64,000 nt of DNA from Laetmonice hystrix (GCA_965235115.1 OZ249436.1:12712001-12776000), one strand, 5' to 3'; counted from the first letter of the stretch, positions 1 through 15,100 are shown. A program made the numbers and translations. Notes: generated from the letters alone by a model not told the origin.

Positions 1-606
1 CATTTTTCAGGGAGTAACTGCATGAGCCTGCAGGAAACCCTGGTGGTGTATAGGCTCACTAACTTATTAGGTAACATGAGCTATTTACAGAAAGAGATCC
101 AATACATCTAAAAAAGCAAAGGCTGCATGGATGAGAGAGTCACAGAATATTAGCAAACGGTCCTGGACTCAGTGACAAATTTGTATACAAGTATCACCAG
201 GTCAACACGACAGAAAATATCAACATGATTTGCACAATTACATGACTTGCACATTTTCATCCTCAAGGAATTATTGTTGGCTATTGTTGAATATATGTTG
301 GCTGAGGGATGGAATACCTCATGTCTGTCGAATGAGGAGAGTTATGTCTATACAATCTCTCATTATCATTACTATGCATATTGTCATTGTATGGGCGAGA
401 ACTACTGATCCCATTACGAATGGAATGAACAAACAGCACATTCTCACCCTGATTGGGTAGTCTGCTAGACTGCTATGCAAAAAACATTCCAGGTCATCGT
501 TCTATTGCACTCTCTATAAGGGGTCCAACTAAAACCTGTCACTGCCCATGTTACTACCTTGAAATCTAATTTATGCCAAACAACCTGCAGTCATAATATC
601 CTGATG

Positions 607-810
607 GGGGGAGGGGGCAATGGTCTAAGGCTCTGGCTTGTGGCCAGAGGGTCTCTCACCTCTAAGTTCAAATCCCCGAGGACGTAAAAACCCCAATTCA
701 CACCCAAAATCATATGCTGTTTCACATGGTGTAATGATGTAGAAATAGTTGGCCACTAGGTGTCTCTTCCACTCCTGGCAACCCTTATTCCATCTTCTTT
801 ATTTTAGTTT
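607..810 (+). mobile_element. degenerate tRNA-derived SINE-like element
   Basis: TGGTCTAAGGC A-box-like, CTGGC-TTGTG-GCCAG stem-loop, GTTCAAATCC B-box (666-675), T-rich tail. Confidence 0.5.
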
Positions 811-860
811 TATAAAAGACTCTCATTATTTAACTCATACGTGCAGAAAAAACGACTTAC

Positions 861-910
861 TTGATGCCTGGGACTTCACAGGATTTGGGCCTTGACTGCA
901 CCAACTGCTG
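861..910 (-). CDS. CRTC1: CRTC exon 7
   Basis: polypyrimidine tract and [25 protein letters not shown] donor. Confidence 0.92.
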
Positions 911-3900
911 CTGCAATAAAGAAAAAAGTTTGCTCAGCCAGTGACACACATTCTCGTGCATTGTTTCAGTTGTGAGCAACATACCAGGACCATAGTTGCA
1001 CTGCTGTAACATGGCACTGCAATTTTATTTTTTAAATCTGAACCTAAACCTTTGCTTTTATCCCTTTCTTCCCTTTGTTTGTAAAAATAAACCTATTTTG
1101 GAAGGCTTGGACCTATTTTTATATTTAAACCAAGTTTGAACCTGAACCCTCCAATGCTAAGCCATAACTGTAGTGCATGCATGGATTAATTATGATTCTT
1201 TTTTGGTTATAAGGACAAGAATCTTACAACATAATGGTCTTCAACAGCATGCTTGAGTGACAAATGCTGAAAAATTTACCTAGTTTCTACTGGTGACCAT
1301 AGCATAAAGAATATAGAACAAGCGTTATCAAACTTCTAGTATCATGGACACAGGACTAAACGGCCAGTTCAAATAAGCAATACCAACATGATCTTCAGTG
1401 GCTACTGTATCTAACAGAAAACACAAACCTCGAGCAAGATACATTAGGATACTTCCAGCGGCCCTTCCCAGATAACCATTACAATACTATGACCAATACA
1501 TTTATTCCCATTTGATAACCTTATATTTTCCATAGAAAGATTTTGCAGGCTGTTGATAACGTCCTATACTGGTAACTATGGTACCCTGTATGGTAATTGG
1601 TCTTTCTCCCCAAGAGCATTCAAACATACCCACAAATTGTTCCACACTATTCTCTCTCGCATCTCTCTTGTTATCAATACACCTCCATGCATATCTTATC
1701 ACAAAACCTTTACAACTGTTGAAGGGCTGTTGAGAGCTCAGGCCAATCTAGGGCCAAGAGAGTATACTCAATTAAATTATGCTGAAAGATTCCGGTTGGG
1801 GGGGGGGGTTCTTAAAAATAAATTATTCTGTCTGCAAGAGATAGAGAGAGAGAAGCAAAATATCCAAATATTTTTTGTTGGACGATACATTAGTTCACAA
1901 AACTGAAATAAGAAAAAGAAAAAGAAAGAAAGGCTTTTCAAAATTTCTGTCAAATACAAAATGGCAATGTCAGATATAGTCTTTGCAATTGAAAACTACA
2001 TCTGAAGAGCCATTTTGTGTTAAACATCCAAAAATTGGTCACCTCTTAGGACTAAAGTTGTTCACAGCTACTGACAGAGCTCAGCCAAGGTGCCAGAGAT
2101 GTCTTATGTAAATTTATGTTACCTTTCTGGGTTGCCATACCTGTCCTCCTTCTACCTGTAATGAGTTGTCTTGTGTGTCCACTGAAAATATAAAAGCAAC
2201 ATTATAACTGGAGTAACCACTTTTTATTTCTTGTGAAACTCAGATACCCTGGTACATGGTAATTACGGTCAAAGTACCTAATTAGAAACTGTCATTAAGC
2301 CTGTACACATGTACCTACTCTTCTAGAAACTCAAGAAATGAGTCCTTCTTTGATAAACTATAACACATAAGTCAGTGACGTGACGTCATATGTTGACATA
2401 CAGTCAGTTAACACCTGATCAGCTTAGTCCCTGACTAATATTCCCTGCAAGTTTTACCTTCATAGATAACCGAGATACGGCCATAGTCTAACTGCAGGAA
2501 TAATCAGAAGAAGAAGAATACATGTACTGTGTTTGTATTGGGTTAGGAATGAAAACCTGACTCCAAGGCCGGGGTTTTGGGGGCTGCCATAACCCTATAT
2601 TATTGGGTCCATGGGTGGCACTACAAAGGAATTCAGGGGGCAAAGCCCCTGAATTTTAAGCGATTAGACACCCTTACAATGGCATTCATGCACCTATACT
2701 GGTAGTGTAAAAATACCCTTCGCCATGATTTGAACAGGAAATTTTCAGCGAGCCAGTAATTACCTTATTTGGTTCAGACCAAATAAATTCACTTTTCAGA
2801 GCTTTTGTTTGCATTACTTACTGCATCTATGAGGAGGCGTGGTGGCATGTGAGAGAGGCTGTTGCACAACTGCTTGATTTGCCCCCATTGCACTCGTATG
2901 TAAGGCAGAATCCGAGTGTGTTCTGAAAATGATAATAATCTGTGTAAATGTCTATTTTCAATGGCACAAGCACAAATCAAAACTGCCAAGTAACCAGCAA
3001 TATCGATTTCTACTGCAATAGTCATGTAATAAAGACGTTTTCAATACCCAGATAGCACTCTGAATATTCCACTTTCACATGTAAAACGGGCACCTGTGAC
3101 AACAATAGAGAATCTATAGCAGCATCATGCCAGACTACCTTTCTCTGTCAGAAATATGTCCATAATGTAGATTTAACGTTTTTCTAGTCAATATCATGTA
3201 AAGTAGAGAAAGGGACATTTTGTGTTGCACACAGCCAGATTCCAGTTTCTCTCATGTAACAGTACATAGAAAGCACATTAAACACATGGCCATGGATCAT
3301 TTCACCTTCAAAGCCAGACTGCCTGAAAACCATACCAGTACTACACACAGCCAAGTGAGACTGAAGCTAATTTCAATAGTAAACAGTGCATGCAGTTCAG
3401 TCAGGCTATATATAAACCATATTCAACAGTTTATTCCATTAGTTGTTAAGGGAATACCTATCTAGACATATATAGGGTTTAATAAAAACTAGCTTTACGT
3501 ATTTCACATAGTGTCCGTATTAATGACGTCACATTCTGGTATAGTGGAAGATGGTACATTTATTCATTCTGACTGGACATGAATTAATGAGAAATTATGA
3601 GAGCCAAACGGATACCGTGACTATAATCTTGCATGCCTATCTATTTTGAGTGCTTTCAAATTTCAAGACAAACAACTCCACATCCTGTACTCTTGCATAT
3701 CCTCTTACTCTCAATCACACAATATACCCATAGCCCTTGCTATACATGTATACCGTTCCAGAGGGGCGCAGCACCCTGCCCCTCCCAGAACCCGCCTCTG
3801 AAAATCCACTTTCCTGAACCCCACAAAATGTGATCCAGTTTATAATGTGAAAAACAATATGTCAAAATTGTTTGTCGAGTAGAAGTAGAATGTGGTGTTT

Positions 3901-6112
3901 TCCATAAGACATAAATAGGTATGTCATCATAATACAGAAATATTAATAACGATATTAATAATTGTGATTGGCCACCTTCCAACCCCACTCGTAGGCTCGG
4001 TCACTGAGCTCCCTCACTGCCCTTTTCTTTCTTGCCACCCTGCCCCTTTCATACCAATACTGAAGCGTTCACTTCTTCATAGATGTACATTGTACATCTC
4101 TTCAGCCTGCCTATGAGTATCTATATGAGTATTGGAACTGACCAATAACTGGGGCTATTTTTAGCTGCCAAGCTTCTTTTCTGAGACAGTGCAATGACTG
4201 AGGAGGGGTGTTTCAAAGATAGCTGTGGTACCGTATTACCTCTGATATAGGTTCAGCATGATGCATGTCTACTCAAGAGGACTCAGCAACCCAGATGTGT
4301 TGGTTACACTCTTTTCGGGGTACTCCAACTAGTCAGCTGTTCTCCGTGATTAAATTTGAAGCATGTAAAATGGATTGCCATCCTCAAAATGTCGCATGCC
4401 AATCAGCGACATCCCTGAACAGCAATATCACGATGGCATCCCTTGATGACTGTAAACTATCAGGTTGCCAATTGCTTGGACTAATGATAATTAGCCTTGC
4501 ACAGAAACTTAAACCACGTTGTGTGATGTATAGTCACTTTTACAATCGTACCTTTTTTCATACAAATAAAATTTGAGCCTGATTTATCGTTGTTTTTCAG
4601 GCAAATTACATTTCAAAAAACGCTACTTTTAACAACAAGCTCATTCACTATCTTCAAAATACGTCATGTATAAGCTATGAGGCGAAAAGTAGGACCTTCA
4701 CTAATTATAAATAGTCTAGCGAATTCAAGAAATGCTTACGTAAACAGCTACACCTTCACAGCTTAGGTCTCGCTCACTTTGTCTCACTGCCACCCTGTCA
4801 TCATATTTCAAAATCAAAGTTTCCTGGTGAAATGCAGGTCTCTCTGATCCCCCAGTTATGTTGCATTGGCTGGCCTGGTAGATGAAATTGGCCATTTTCC
4901 ATCCCATTCTCCTCCCACCAGGAAGTTACCATTCTTTGGGATACAGGAAAATGTCAACCGTCACCCAGCATGAGACCATGTTCACTGACGTGCCAGTTTC
5001 AAAGGGGGCCTTACATCAAAGATAACCCTAGGTGTCTGGGTACTGTGTGTCACAATGCAAGTCTAGCAGTTGCCAGTCCAATGATAAATAAGGTCTAAAT
5101 ACGGGCTGTTCTTTTCTTTTCTGTCTTTTCTAAATGTTGCCAATAAAACTCAATCCACAGGATCTATTTCATGTGTGTGTGTGTGGGGGGGGGGGGGGAG
5201 ACGAGTTTTTCAAAGTTTTCGAATTGAACATTATTTTACCCCTAGGCCACACACAAGTCGCTCAACTCCCCTCCAGTAGGTGAAATCCTGATAAATACAA
5301 GTCCAATACACAGTACATACATGATTGTAATGGGTTCACTACTGCAATAGTTCTGTTAGTAATGATTGGCAGGATGAGCTGTCTATATCCAGAAACACAC
5401 AAGCAAACAACCCAATATGTAGAGCCGAAATGGCCTATTGGTGTAACCAGGATCCGACCACCAGCTGGATGACACACCGACCAGCCGGGCTCCCACTAAC
5501 CCTCACATCCAGCTGATACAACATGCCCCCATTTCTCCCTCTCTTGACCCACTTCCTGGTCTCTTTACTCCTGCAGACACGCTTTGTAGTCATTGACACT
5601 CTAAAAAGGTTCTATCTATTTTCGGCTTAGATTTGGCTCTCAACGCTATGGACGCATCCTAGTGGAGCAGAGTTTCAAGTTCACTGCGTCATCACAGTCA
5701 CTGCACCGAGCTTGTCTCTCACTTCCCACAAATGAATTATGTATATGCTAGGAATTCTGATCAGGAAGCAGTCCGAGTGTAGTGCTGTGCCCACGAACCT
5801 TCCCTCGCACCCATACCGCCTGCCCACGGCCACCAGACTCCACCTTCTCCCCCTCATCCTTCCCTGGCCTGCCCTGATGCTGTTACTGATACACTGCACT
5901 AAGGAAGTACACCCACACTACTAGACACTGCAAGATCGTCTAGTTTACCAGCTGCTAATCAGTGTTCCACCAGAAACCGGTCTGGTGAAAAGGCATCCCA
6001 ACCTGGCTGGTCCCATGCTTTTATTATAGGCAGAGAAATCTATATATAGCATCATGAATTATTCCTATATGAAAATAGAAGGTGGCGCACTAATTCTGAA
6101 GGGGCTGGCAAG

Positions 6113-6150
<38 letters not shown>

Positions 6151-6157
6151 ATCTGCA

Positions 6158-6189
<32 letters not shown>

Positions 6190-9100
6190 AACCGCCTAGC
6201 TTTGACATCTACCTGTACAGCACCTCCTCGTGCCAGCCTTGCTCATTATGCTGGTTCGTGGCCAAGCATCCACTGTCTTTGCTTGTGCACGACTCTTAGC
6301 CTCTCCACGTCTCAAACCTCTATGCATAAAACCTTTTACTTGAGCCTGGCCGACATGTATCAGTATCTCAGCTTGCCTTATATATTTCTGTGACGGATGG
6401 ACGGACCGTAGACAGGTGGGGGGGGGGGGGGGATCTACATTCTACACTCCCAGAAAAATAACTGGAGTTGCTTGATTAATCCACGTTTCATTACCTGTCT
6501 TCTCATACCTTTTACCGTTACCTTGCACTCTATGATATATGTGTAAATGAATTACTTTTTAATATAATGTACATATGCAATTCTTGATAGAGCTGTGTAC
6601 CCTCTTGCATCTTGAACACATCACAATGAGTTTGCACTTCGCTATTAAACTTAGAATTCAAATTATAGCTTGTCCGAATAAACGCACCAACATATACATT
6701 GTACTCTCCACAAAAAGTTTCCCCTCAACCTTTTTGAACTTGCGTTGTATGACACACATTCAATGTTCTTAAATAAAAAAATGAATAAAATGTTCTTGAA
6801 TAAAAATAACATGTTGTGCTGTTCTTAGTACAATACATCTATCTCAACATATAGACAACAGGCGTGGGAAATAAACATTTTGTGCAGGGAGGTAAGAAAA
6901 AACACTTGGTGCAGAGTATATAACCCTTTTATTATGTCAAAGGAAATCTCTTTCCAAAAATAGTTCTCATTTAATCCCGATTGGTTCCTCCATTCATTAA
7001 TTACATATTTTTATAGTACCTGGTAGTCATGTCTGTAAATTGCATCGGCACTATGTCACATAGGAAAACACCAACCGACACGGCATGAGACAACCCAACA
7101 TTTTGTGTTGCAATGTAACCAACACACCCTGGTCAGGGGAGAAGACAAAATAGAGCATATTACCCAGTAGAAAATATGGTGTCTTTATAAGGAAGTCTCA
7201 TTTACTTAGCACTACTTTTGGCCGTAATTCCACTATGCAGACATAGCTGGCATCCACGTGGGAAATCTTGCTGTTTTACTCTTCAACGGCAGTCAGCTAG
7301 AAGAATCAGGGGCAGAAATTTTGGAATATTTGGGTTCTGCCAAACCCATCTCGGGTTATGAAGTTCTTGGCTCATCCACCCAAAAGAGAACACCAACAAT
7401 ATCAGTGCTTGAAATCCTCAATCGTGCCAGACTATATGCGGACGACGCAATTGTTTTGGCCCACCCGAACCCTGCCCCACCCATTCCCACGGCACCCCGT
7501 GCCCTGGTCCACACACGTCAGTTCCCTCAGGCTTCACATCCAGGCCGTGCTGGCAACATCAGCTCTATACTACTGCTGCGATAATTCGCCTTGAGCACTG
7601 AACCAAATGATCGTCGGCCAGGCCATAGATGAGCCTAAAAACCCCATTACACTTCATCGATCAATCAATACCCTGTCTGCCGTTTCAAGTTTTTGACAGA
7701 CACGTATGGAATCAGAAGCAAAGGAAGCAGTATCAATATGATGCTATATTTAGCACGGGTTCCCTTCTCTCGGTCTTCCCCAAGGTCTATTTATATAGTG
7801 GCTGTGTTATATGTGGCAGCCGAAGGGAGGTCGGGTGAGATGCGCGGAACACAGCCGGGCCGTCAGTTGGCGAAGATGTGCATACAGACTTATCCCCCAC
7901 CACCTGCCACTGTAGTGTAGAGCTCAGAGGCCATCATCTCAGTGGCCGAATTGTGCCAGTTCTGAGGCCGATGGTTCTTCCACCCCCGCCTCACCTCTCC
8001 CTAGGCTATCAAACTACCCAGGTCAATTAGCAAGCAGTGTCCACCAACCAATTTTCGCTAAAAAGAAAGCGTACAGACCAGGACATACATAGAATTTCAC
8101 TTACTGGTTAACTCCTCATTCATAATAACAGTGGACTTTGTGGTAACTGGTAGTGCTAGAACGCTTTTCTTATAATTTCATCTCAGTTAAATCCTGCCAA
8201 ATATTAACCGAAAACTTCCAGTACAGAAGGTCGAATTTCATCACAAACAGCAACACGCATTCTTTTTGACTATGATTGCAACAAGATATTCAACAAAATA
8301 CAACTTCGCCTGTAATGGGAAATGAATGGTGATTACAATCCGGCAAGTCCTTCCTTGATCTAAATCCAATTACATCTAACATGCTGTGTACACAGAGCGC
8401 CCAGTTCTGAGAGTTGTCTGACAGGCGCCTGCGAGTAGTGTATGAAATGTAGGTCATGATGCTGGTAACAAATTACCAAAGGCAAAGGCTGTCCATTACC
8501 CAAGAAAATTCCATGACTGCACTTTCTTTTATCTACGGTGAAGGTTAAAGGACGCCAGGTACTAGACGATAAAAAATACACAACAAAGTTAAAATAGCCT
8601 AGAGACCTGTTTGATTTGATTCATTCATTCATTCATTCATTCATTCATTCATTCATTCATTCATTCACTAAATTCTTCATTTACCTATTTATCCATGCCC
8701 AGGTGCACCATGCCTACCATCATACAACACCGCTTGGCTTCAGATGAGAATATTTCACATACGATTTATAAAGCTTACATATGATTTGAGTAAGACGAGT
8801 GTCAAATGTGTGAGAGGTATGCCATAAGTTCACCAATTGACGCAACTGAAGGTCTTTAATGTTTCCCAGTCTATAAAAATGTCTCATGACAGTCAAAAGA
8901 TGATGATCCGACGCGCAGAATCCCGGGGTGCTTTTCACCACCATCATTATCCTGTCGTGCGTTAACATCCCCATTGAAAATACACTGGTGTTAACGATAC
9001 GTCGAGCTAACGACAGGTTGTAAAACGCACCCCTGATGTGTTTAATATGTGCCTGGCACCAGTAAGTCGCTTAGGGAACCATACTATATCTATCGTCCCA

Positions 9101-12100
9101 CAGTAGTCTGGTAAATTATAGTTTTGGCAGGTGTAAACACTACTCCATTTTGTTAAAACATCCTTTGCCTCCAGCCAATCATTTTAACGTGTGTCCTTGG
9201 TTTCTACGTTTTCCCCCGTGCTTTAAAACCATGTTCTGTAAAACACCTCAACACCTAAATGATTTAAACGTTTTCCAATGAGCATTTCTGTTTGTGCGAG
9301 TTTCGTGTCCCGGTGTTTCTGTGCCGGTATATCCACCCCGCACGAAGCCCGTGTGTCCTCAATGCCAGGCCTCGTTCAATCTGGCTGGGGATTCCCTACT
9401 CTCCCCCACAACACCTGAGTTATTACCCCTCCCCAGGGATGCACCTGTTGGCGGGAGGGTGCGTGTCGGCAGAATCAGGTGCCTAGATCCACTCCTGGCT
9501 TTTATCCTAGGGAAGTGCAACGAAGGGCAATATCCAATATGCCCTTCGTGTCAGAAGATCAAGATTTGGTTATGAAAACGTATTTCTATCGAGAATATCC
9601 CCTCAAAAATATTCATCCTCTTATAAAAGTGCCGAAGAGCTTCAGTTAACCTGCGTTTTCGGTAATCGACATTTTTTAGAATTTTTTGACTCCTTCCTTG
9701 AGGTAGGAATACAAAGGGTTTCTAAAGACACCATCAGCTTCCAAAGTTTTCGATAAATTACTGCTACCGACTGCCCCCTTCTACATACATAATTTATGCC
9801 TGTCTCTATCATATGTCAGCAGGGCTGTAGGGAGCAGGTCGTTAGCCTGAACACCTCTTACATCCATGTGAGAGTCATTAGGATATAATTGTTCTACATT
9901 CAGACAGGGTGCCGGGCCGGGCTAGCAATGTTCAATATTAACGGTCGAGGGTTGGAAACAGGGGGTATACTGGCACAGCAAGCCAGACTAACAGTAACAT
10001 CTACACTACTCCAGGCGTCGCCACCTTTTAACAGGAAGTCATAGTAAAGTCACCTTTAAAACAACCGGTACAACGTAACACGATATCGTCATTTCGATAA
10101 ATGCCAAGTGCTCACTTATAAGTAAGTTTCTTTTTCTAACCCATTCTGGAGCACTCTGTGGAGGGGGGGGGGGCATCCAAATCCACATGGAAGAATCTGG
10201 TGGAGCTGGCCCATGGTGAGCATTTTTACCCACTTGGCCATCACCCCTCCTCTCTACCTTTCAGGTGTGCTGTTATTTCGGAGGTCTAAAGGTAAATCTT
10301 TTGATGGGGTATCAGGTGCAAGATTGATCGTTTAGCTCTGCGTTTGTACAACTTACCGTAGGCCTGGCTATGCCGATCACTACTACCATGTCTTTTCTAA
10401 TCCCTGATCCTGTTTCCATGACAACCATGCAAAAGCACTTAAACGAAAGACTGTTGTTCATGTTGACAAGAGCTTCATCCCAACCACCTGAGCCTGGGTA
10501 CTACGGTAGACAGAGCCTTGGTAGTTTTTTCTACTCAGCCTCCATGACCGTAACTACAGCATAAATCGGACAGGCCACACTATCCATAACAAAGAGATTT
10601 TAAAATTATTATGGTACCGTATAATATGATACAAGCTACTTACCGGGGGGGGGGGGGGCTATGGCAACTTCCCTACAAAATTGTTGGGTAGGGCCTGGGG
10701 TTCGGGTTAAGGTCAGGAATAGAGATTGGATATATGTTTTTGGGGAGGTGTAGGGACTGGGGTTATGGATAAGGTCAGGGCTAGGGATCTAAGCAACTTT
10801 AAGTTGTATCTGTATGATAAGTATCTGTCACTTCTCTTTTGTTTCTTCCAAAGTTGGTACATCCTATAACTTTTAATGTGTTTTTACAGATAGGGCTAGA
10901 TATTGGCTATAAATCTAGAACCTTTGTAGAAATATTTTGTGGACAATGTCGCCGGGACGACACATCTGAAAGCTTATGCCCGATTTCCACCGGACGCGAG
11001 CCGTTTGTTTTGGTGCACGCGCTCGCGTCAAAAGTAGAAATAGTTTAAGAGATTGCAGTAATTTCCACCAGACGCGCGCGGGGCATAAATCACTCGCTCA
11101 CATCTGGTGGAAATCAGGCATTAAACCAATTTGATCAAACAAATCCATATTCAATGTAAGACATGCGTTACATGTACGCACACAACTGATGCATTTTATG
11201 TTATTTGATAGTAATGCAGAAGATGTTTCCATTGCAGTAACATTTAAAGCAGCTTTTGAAGACAGTGGAAGACTGAAATAAGTGCTTCAGCTTCTTCAAA
11301 CCCCGTGGTCATGAAATTCAATTTATTCTTGCTTTGATCTGTGATCAGTCAAGTCAAAGTCGCATAAATATAATATAGTCTTGTCTTCAGGCAACCAGAT
11401 CCTAGCCTCAGGCATCTTATGTTGTACAAACAGAACAGAATTTCTTTTACATTGCCATATAAAGACTATGTATAATCCCAGCAGTGCCGACCCACTTTCT
11501 TCCAGGACGTGATATCATGAAGCAACAACAACTGCAACAATCTTCTACTATCTTGAAAATACACATTGGAGTCACAGCCCCCAACTGGGTAGAGACTAAT
11601 TATCTGTAGGTATAGAAACTATGCCAGGCCTACTTTGTAGTTTTGAAATACAGTCCATGTGAGAACATCTTTCAATACATGATTCAAAAAGAAACTTTTA
11701 TTATGTCTTCATCCATCATTCGTAGTAAGTAGTTATCTTGAAGTTTTCTAGGAATGAATCAGGTGCGTGACTTTGACTGACCTATATGCATTATCTTCTT
11801 TGACCTTTATATGTCACACAAGGTCATGGAAAATGGCACCAGATGACATATGACTTATTTGTCAATAATAATTCCATGTATACGAGTCTTTACAGAGATG
11901 CCTACCCTGCAATCTTTTTAGTATTTTCAGCCAACTTTCAGTAGCACAAAGAATCAGACATCTGTGTTCAATTCTAGAAAATTTTAATGACTGTACTTAA
12001 AAAAGCCTTGAAAAAGATTTTTAAAAAAAATTAAAAGATTGCACAAAATACAGCCAAATCATAATGGTAAGCATCTCTGTCATTATATTCAATTCTTTTG

Positions 12101-15100
12101 GACATGAATACAGCAGAGTAAAAAAAATACGTGACCTTGTATGACCTTTCACCTTCACTTGAGGTAAATGAAAATACATGTGTAGTGCCAACTGAAATTT
12201 CATATACATGGATGTACATATTCCTATCCATGTTAAAAAGTAACTTTTGTATCTTAGTTTGGGATATTGAGTCATTGAATATAGGCCGTGACCTTGTTTG
12301 AATGATATCAAAAATATATCATTTATACATCATCCTCAGACAATTCCTGATTATTGTGTAAAGTTTCATATACTTCTGAGAAATCACTGTCTACAGACGT
12401 ACGGATGAGAGTCAAATTAGAAGCACCCGTCCCTTTGGTTTGGAGGCTAACAATGAATGTTGAATTGACTTACCGTCGCCAGCTGCCATCAGGAGGTGGA
12501 GAGAGGAATGTGGAGCCATATGGAGAACAATCTATCTGGTGAGGAGTTAAGGTTCAGCTGAAGATATTATCCGACAAACCATACCGACCCACACTGGGTT
12601 ATCCAGGCGCTATTTCCCCTTCCTAGAATAGGGATACCTAAATCTGTGTAAATTTATCAATAGTAGTTAATTAGTATTTACACATATGTTTTACATGCAA
12701 AGGCACAAACACCTAACAAAGCCGTGTGTTACAATCACATCAAGTCAAGGCTAAGATCATAATAAAGGCCATACAGTAGGATTGATACCCACAGCTAATT
12801 CTGAAGTTACTGGGCACTATATACTTTGGCTGCATTCCCTTATCTATTACATAGGATAGCATTGTAGCCCATTATCCGTCTGTCCTTCTTCATATCAAAC
12901 ATCAAAATAAACATTATGTCTGTGTTGGTGTTACAAATTGGTTTGAAGGGAACGTTAGGATGATATCTACGCGCAACACGTGGCTTGATGTTGGATTGCA
13001 ATATTATGTTTTGCCTATATGTTGACTTCCATGGTTGGCTAACAAAGTGTAAATTGACCTAGTCATCCTGACCCATTTCACCCATTATAAAACGTGTCCA
13101 TGACAAAATAAGCTAGCGTTCCAGATTCCTTGAAAGACTTTGCGATTTGCTTGTTATGCCGCTAAAACCAATTCCAAAACCTGATCACTGGAAGGTTGAC
13201 CTAGTTACATTTTGCCCATTATCAAAATCAAGATTTTGGCAGTGCAAAATAAAACTGCATCATGCTTAGTCGAGTTGCAAAGTGGAAATTAATTATGAAA
13301 CTACTGGTACTAACAGTATATGATATAAGACATGATGTAATGAGCGCCTTGTGTCACTGATAAGGACAATTTTCTCCAGGCATAAAGGAGCTCACCCTTG
13401 ACATTCTGAACTCCCCTGGAAATACAAAGCATGTGCACGACGATGAAGTCTTGGAAAGATGCTGACCGCAATTAACGCTGGGTGCAGCTGCTGCCTGGCT
13501 GTGACACATTAGGCCCATTGACCTACCTCCCACGCCCCCTTCAGCAAGCAGAAAACGAAACTAAGCCGAATGTTTTCTGTGATCCATGACATTACAGGGT
13601 TTCCCCCAGGTAATTCAAAAACCCTCTAGATGAGGAAAATGGCTACGGGTGGTACCTGGCTGGGTAACCTAAGCAGGGCACAACCATTAAATTGGCATAT
13701 TCTTCATATTCTTGGAATGTAAACAGCTGAAATGTGCTCATCCATGTACGAAGCCACTGAGAGCAGAAGCAATTACAGAAATGGAGAAATTCAGGAGGAA
13801 AGAAGTTTCTGAAGCATGTGACCCCTTCCAAATCAGAAGGGCAGAGTCAAAGTCGGTGCTTCTTTGCCCACTCGGATTAACAAACCAAACAGCAAAATCA
13901 CTGGACGTTTCCAATCGCTTTAGTCCTTATTAGTTCAGAAAATTTGTCATAAAAATTGGGGGGAAAATACGTTAGCAAAGTAGTCAAAGTTTTAATCACT
14001 GTCTGTCAGAGAAGGACTGACGGTGACAATTTGTTACTGATTGTAGCTTTTTTGCCTAGCATGGTTCGCCTTGTGCTCTTTGGCCATGAGTCATCCTTTA
14101 AATTATTGCTCTGGCCTGGCAAATCAGAAACAGCTGCTTTGGGTCTGGCAAGTAACCGAGCTTACATAGCTATACATTTCTCTGGTAACAAAGGCGCAAA
14201 TCTAGCCTAAGACTTAGTGTCAACCTGCATTCTAAAACTAAAAGGAAAATGATACAGTAATATCTTACATCTCCAGGAGTTGTCCTAATAGGTAACCAAT
14301 CTGTAGTGTAATAACCTAAGGATGAAAAAAAGAAGAAATACCCATTGTGTCAGGATCAAGGTCCAGTACATACCGAATGTTAAAGGCAGGGTAAACACGC
14401 ACGGCAAGTAAGGTTTCGTAGACCAAATGAAACACCAGCATTTAGCTCAGGGCAATATAAATGACACAATTACGTTGTCTGAATGAAGTAATCAACGTGT
14501 AACTGCCCGATGTATGATGCAACTGGTTCTGCTTGTGTGTTCAACACCTCGGACGTTACAAACGTTGGGACATCGTGTAGACAAGGTCTGTGAGCAGAGT
14601 AACATGTATGTAATGTTACGCAATGCGCTGCGGTGTGCAGCATTCGGCTCTGATGAACACACAAGAAGGTCAAGGTCAGAACCAGCGGCGTCATACATCT
14701 GGCGGTTACACGTTAATTACTTCATTCAGACAGCGTAATTGTGGCATTTATTGCCCTGAGGTAAATGCTGGTGTTCCATTTGGTCTATGAAACCTTATTT
14801 GCCGTGGGTGTTTACCCTGCCTTTAAGACATTTACTGGTACTTCTTGTTTGCTAAGGGTACCTTACTTGAAGCTCCTACATATTGCCTTGGCCAGACCCA
14901 AATTGATTCACCTGGCCACAGGTTAATTCCAAGTGACCTTGGCATTCAGGTCCAGAGCCTGCAATCCCGAAAAGCAGGTCCAATGGACCTGCCTTTCCAC
15001 TGTTTTATACGACAAAGTGGACGACGTAGGACCTGCATACCCAGTAAATCTTGGTCAGACCATAGATGTGTACATACATCTATGGTCAGACGGACTTGAA

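Noticed and set aside
283..461. Candidate next CRTC exon (cag/ACTACCC..., about 59 open codons, minus)
   Set aside because: Lacks the IFPS-like continuation expected after EVPGI and has a weak acceptor; the next exon is probably outside the window.
1444..1452. GTATCCTA (minus) in CRTC intron 6
   Set aside because: Imperfect U12 donor with no adjoining exon; chance-level.
4725..4907. Minus ORF crossing a GTAAGC donor in CRTC intron 4
   Set aside because: Phase 0 is incompatible with exon 5 and there is no recognisable similarity.
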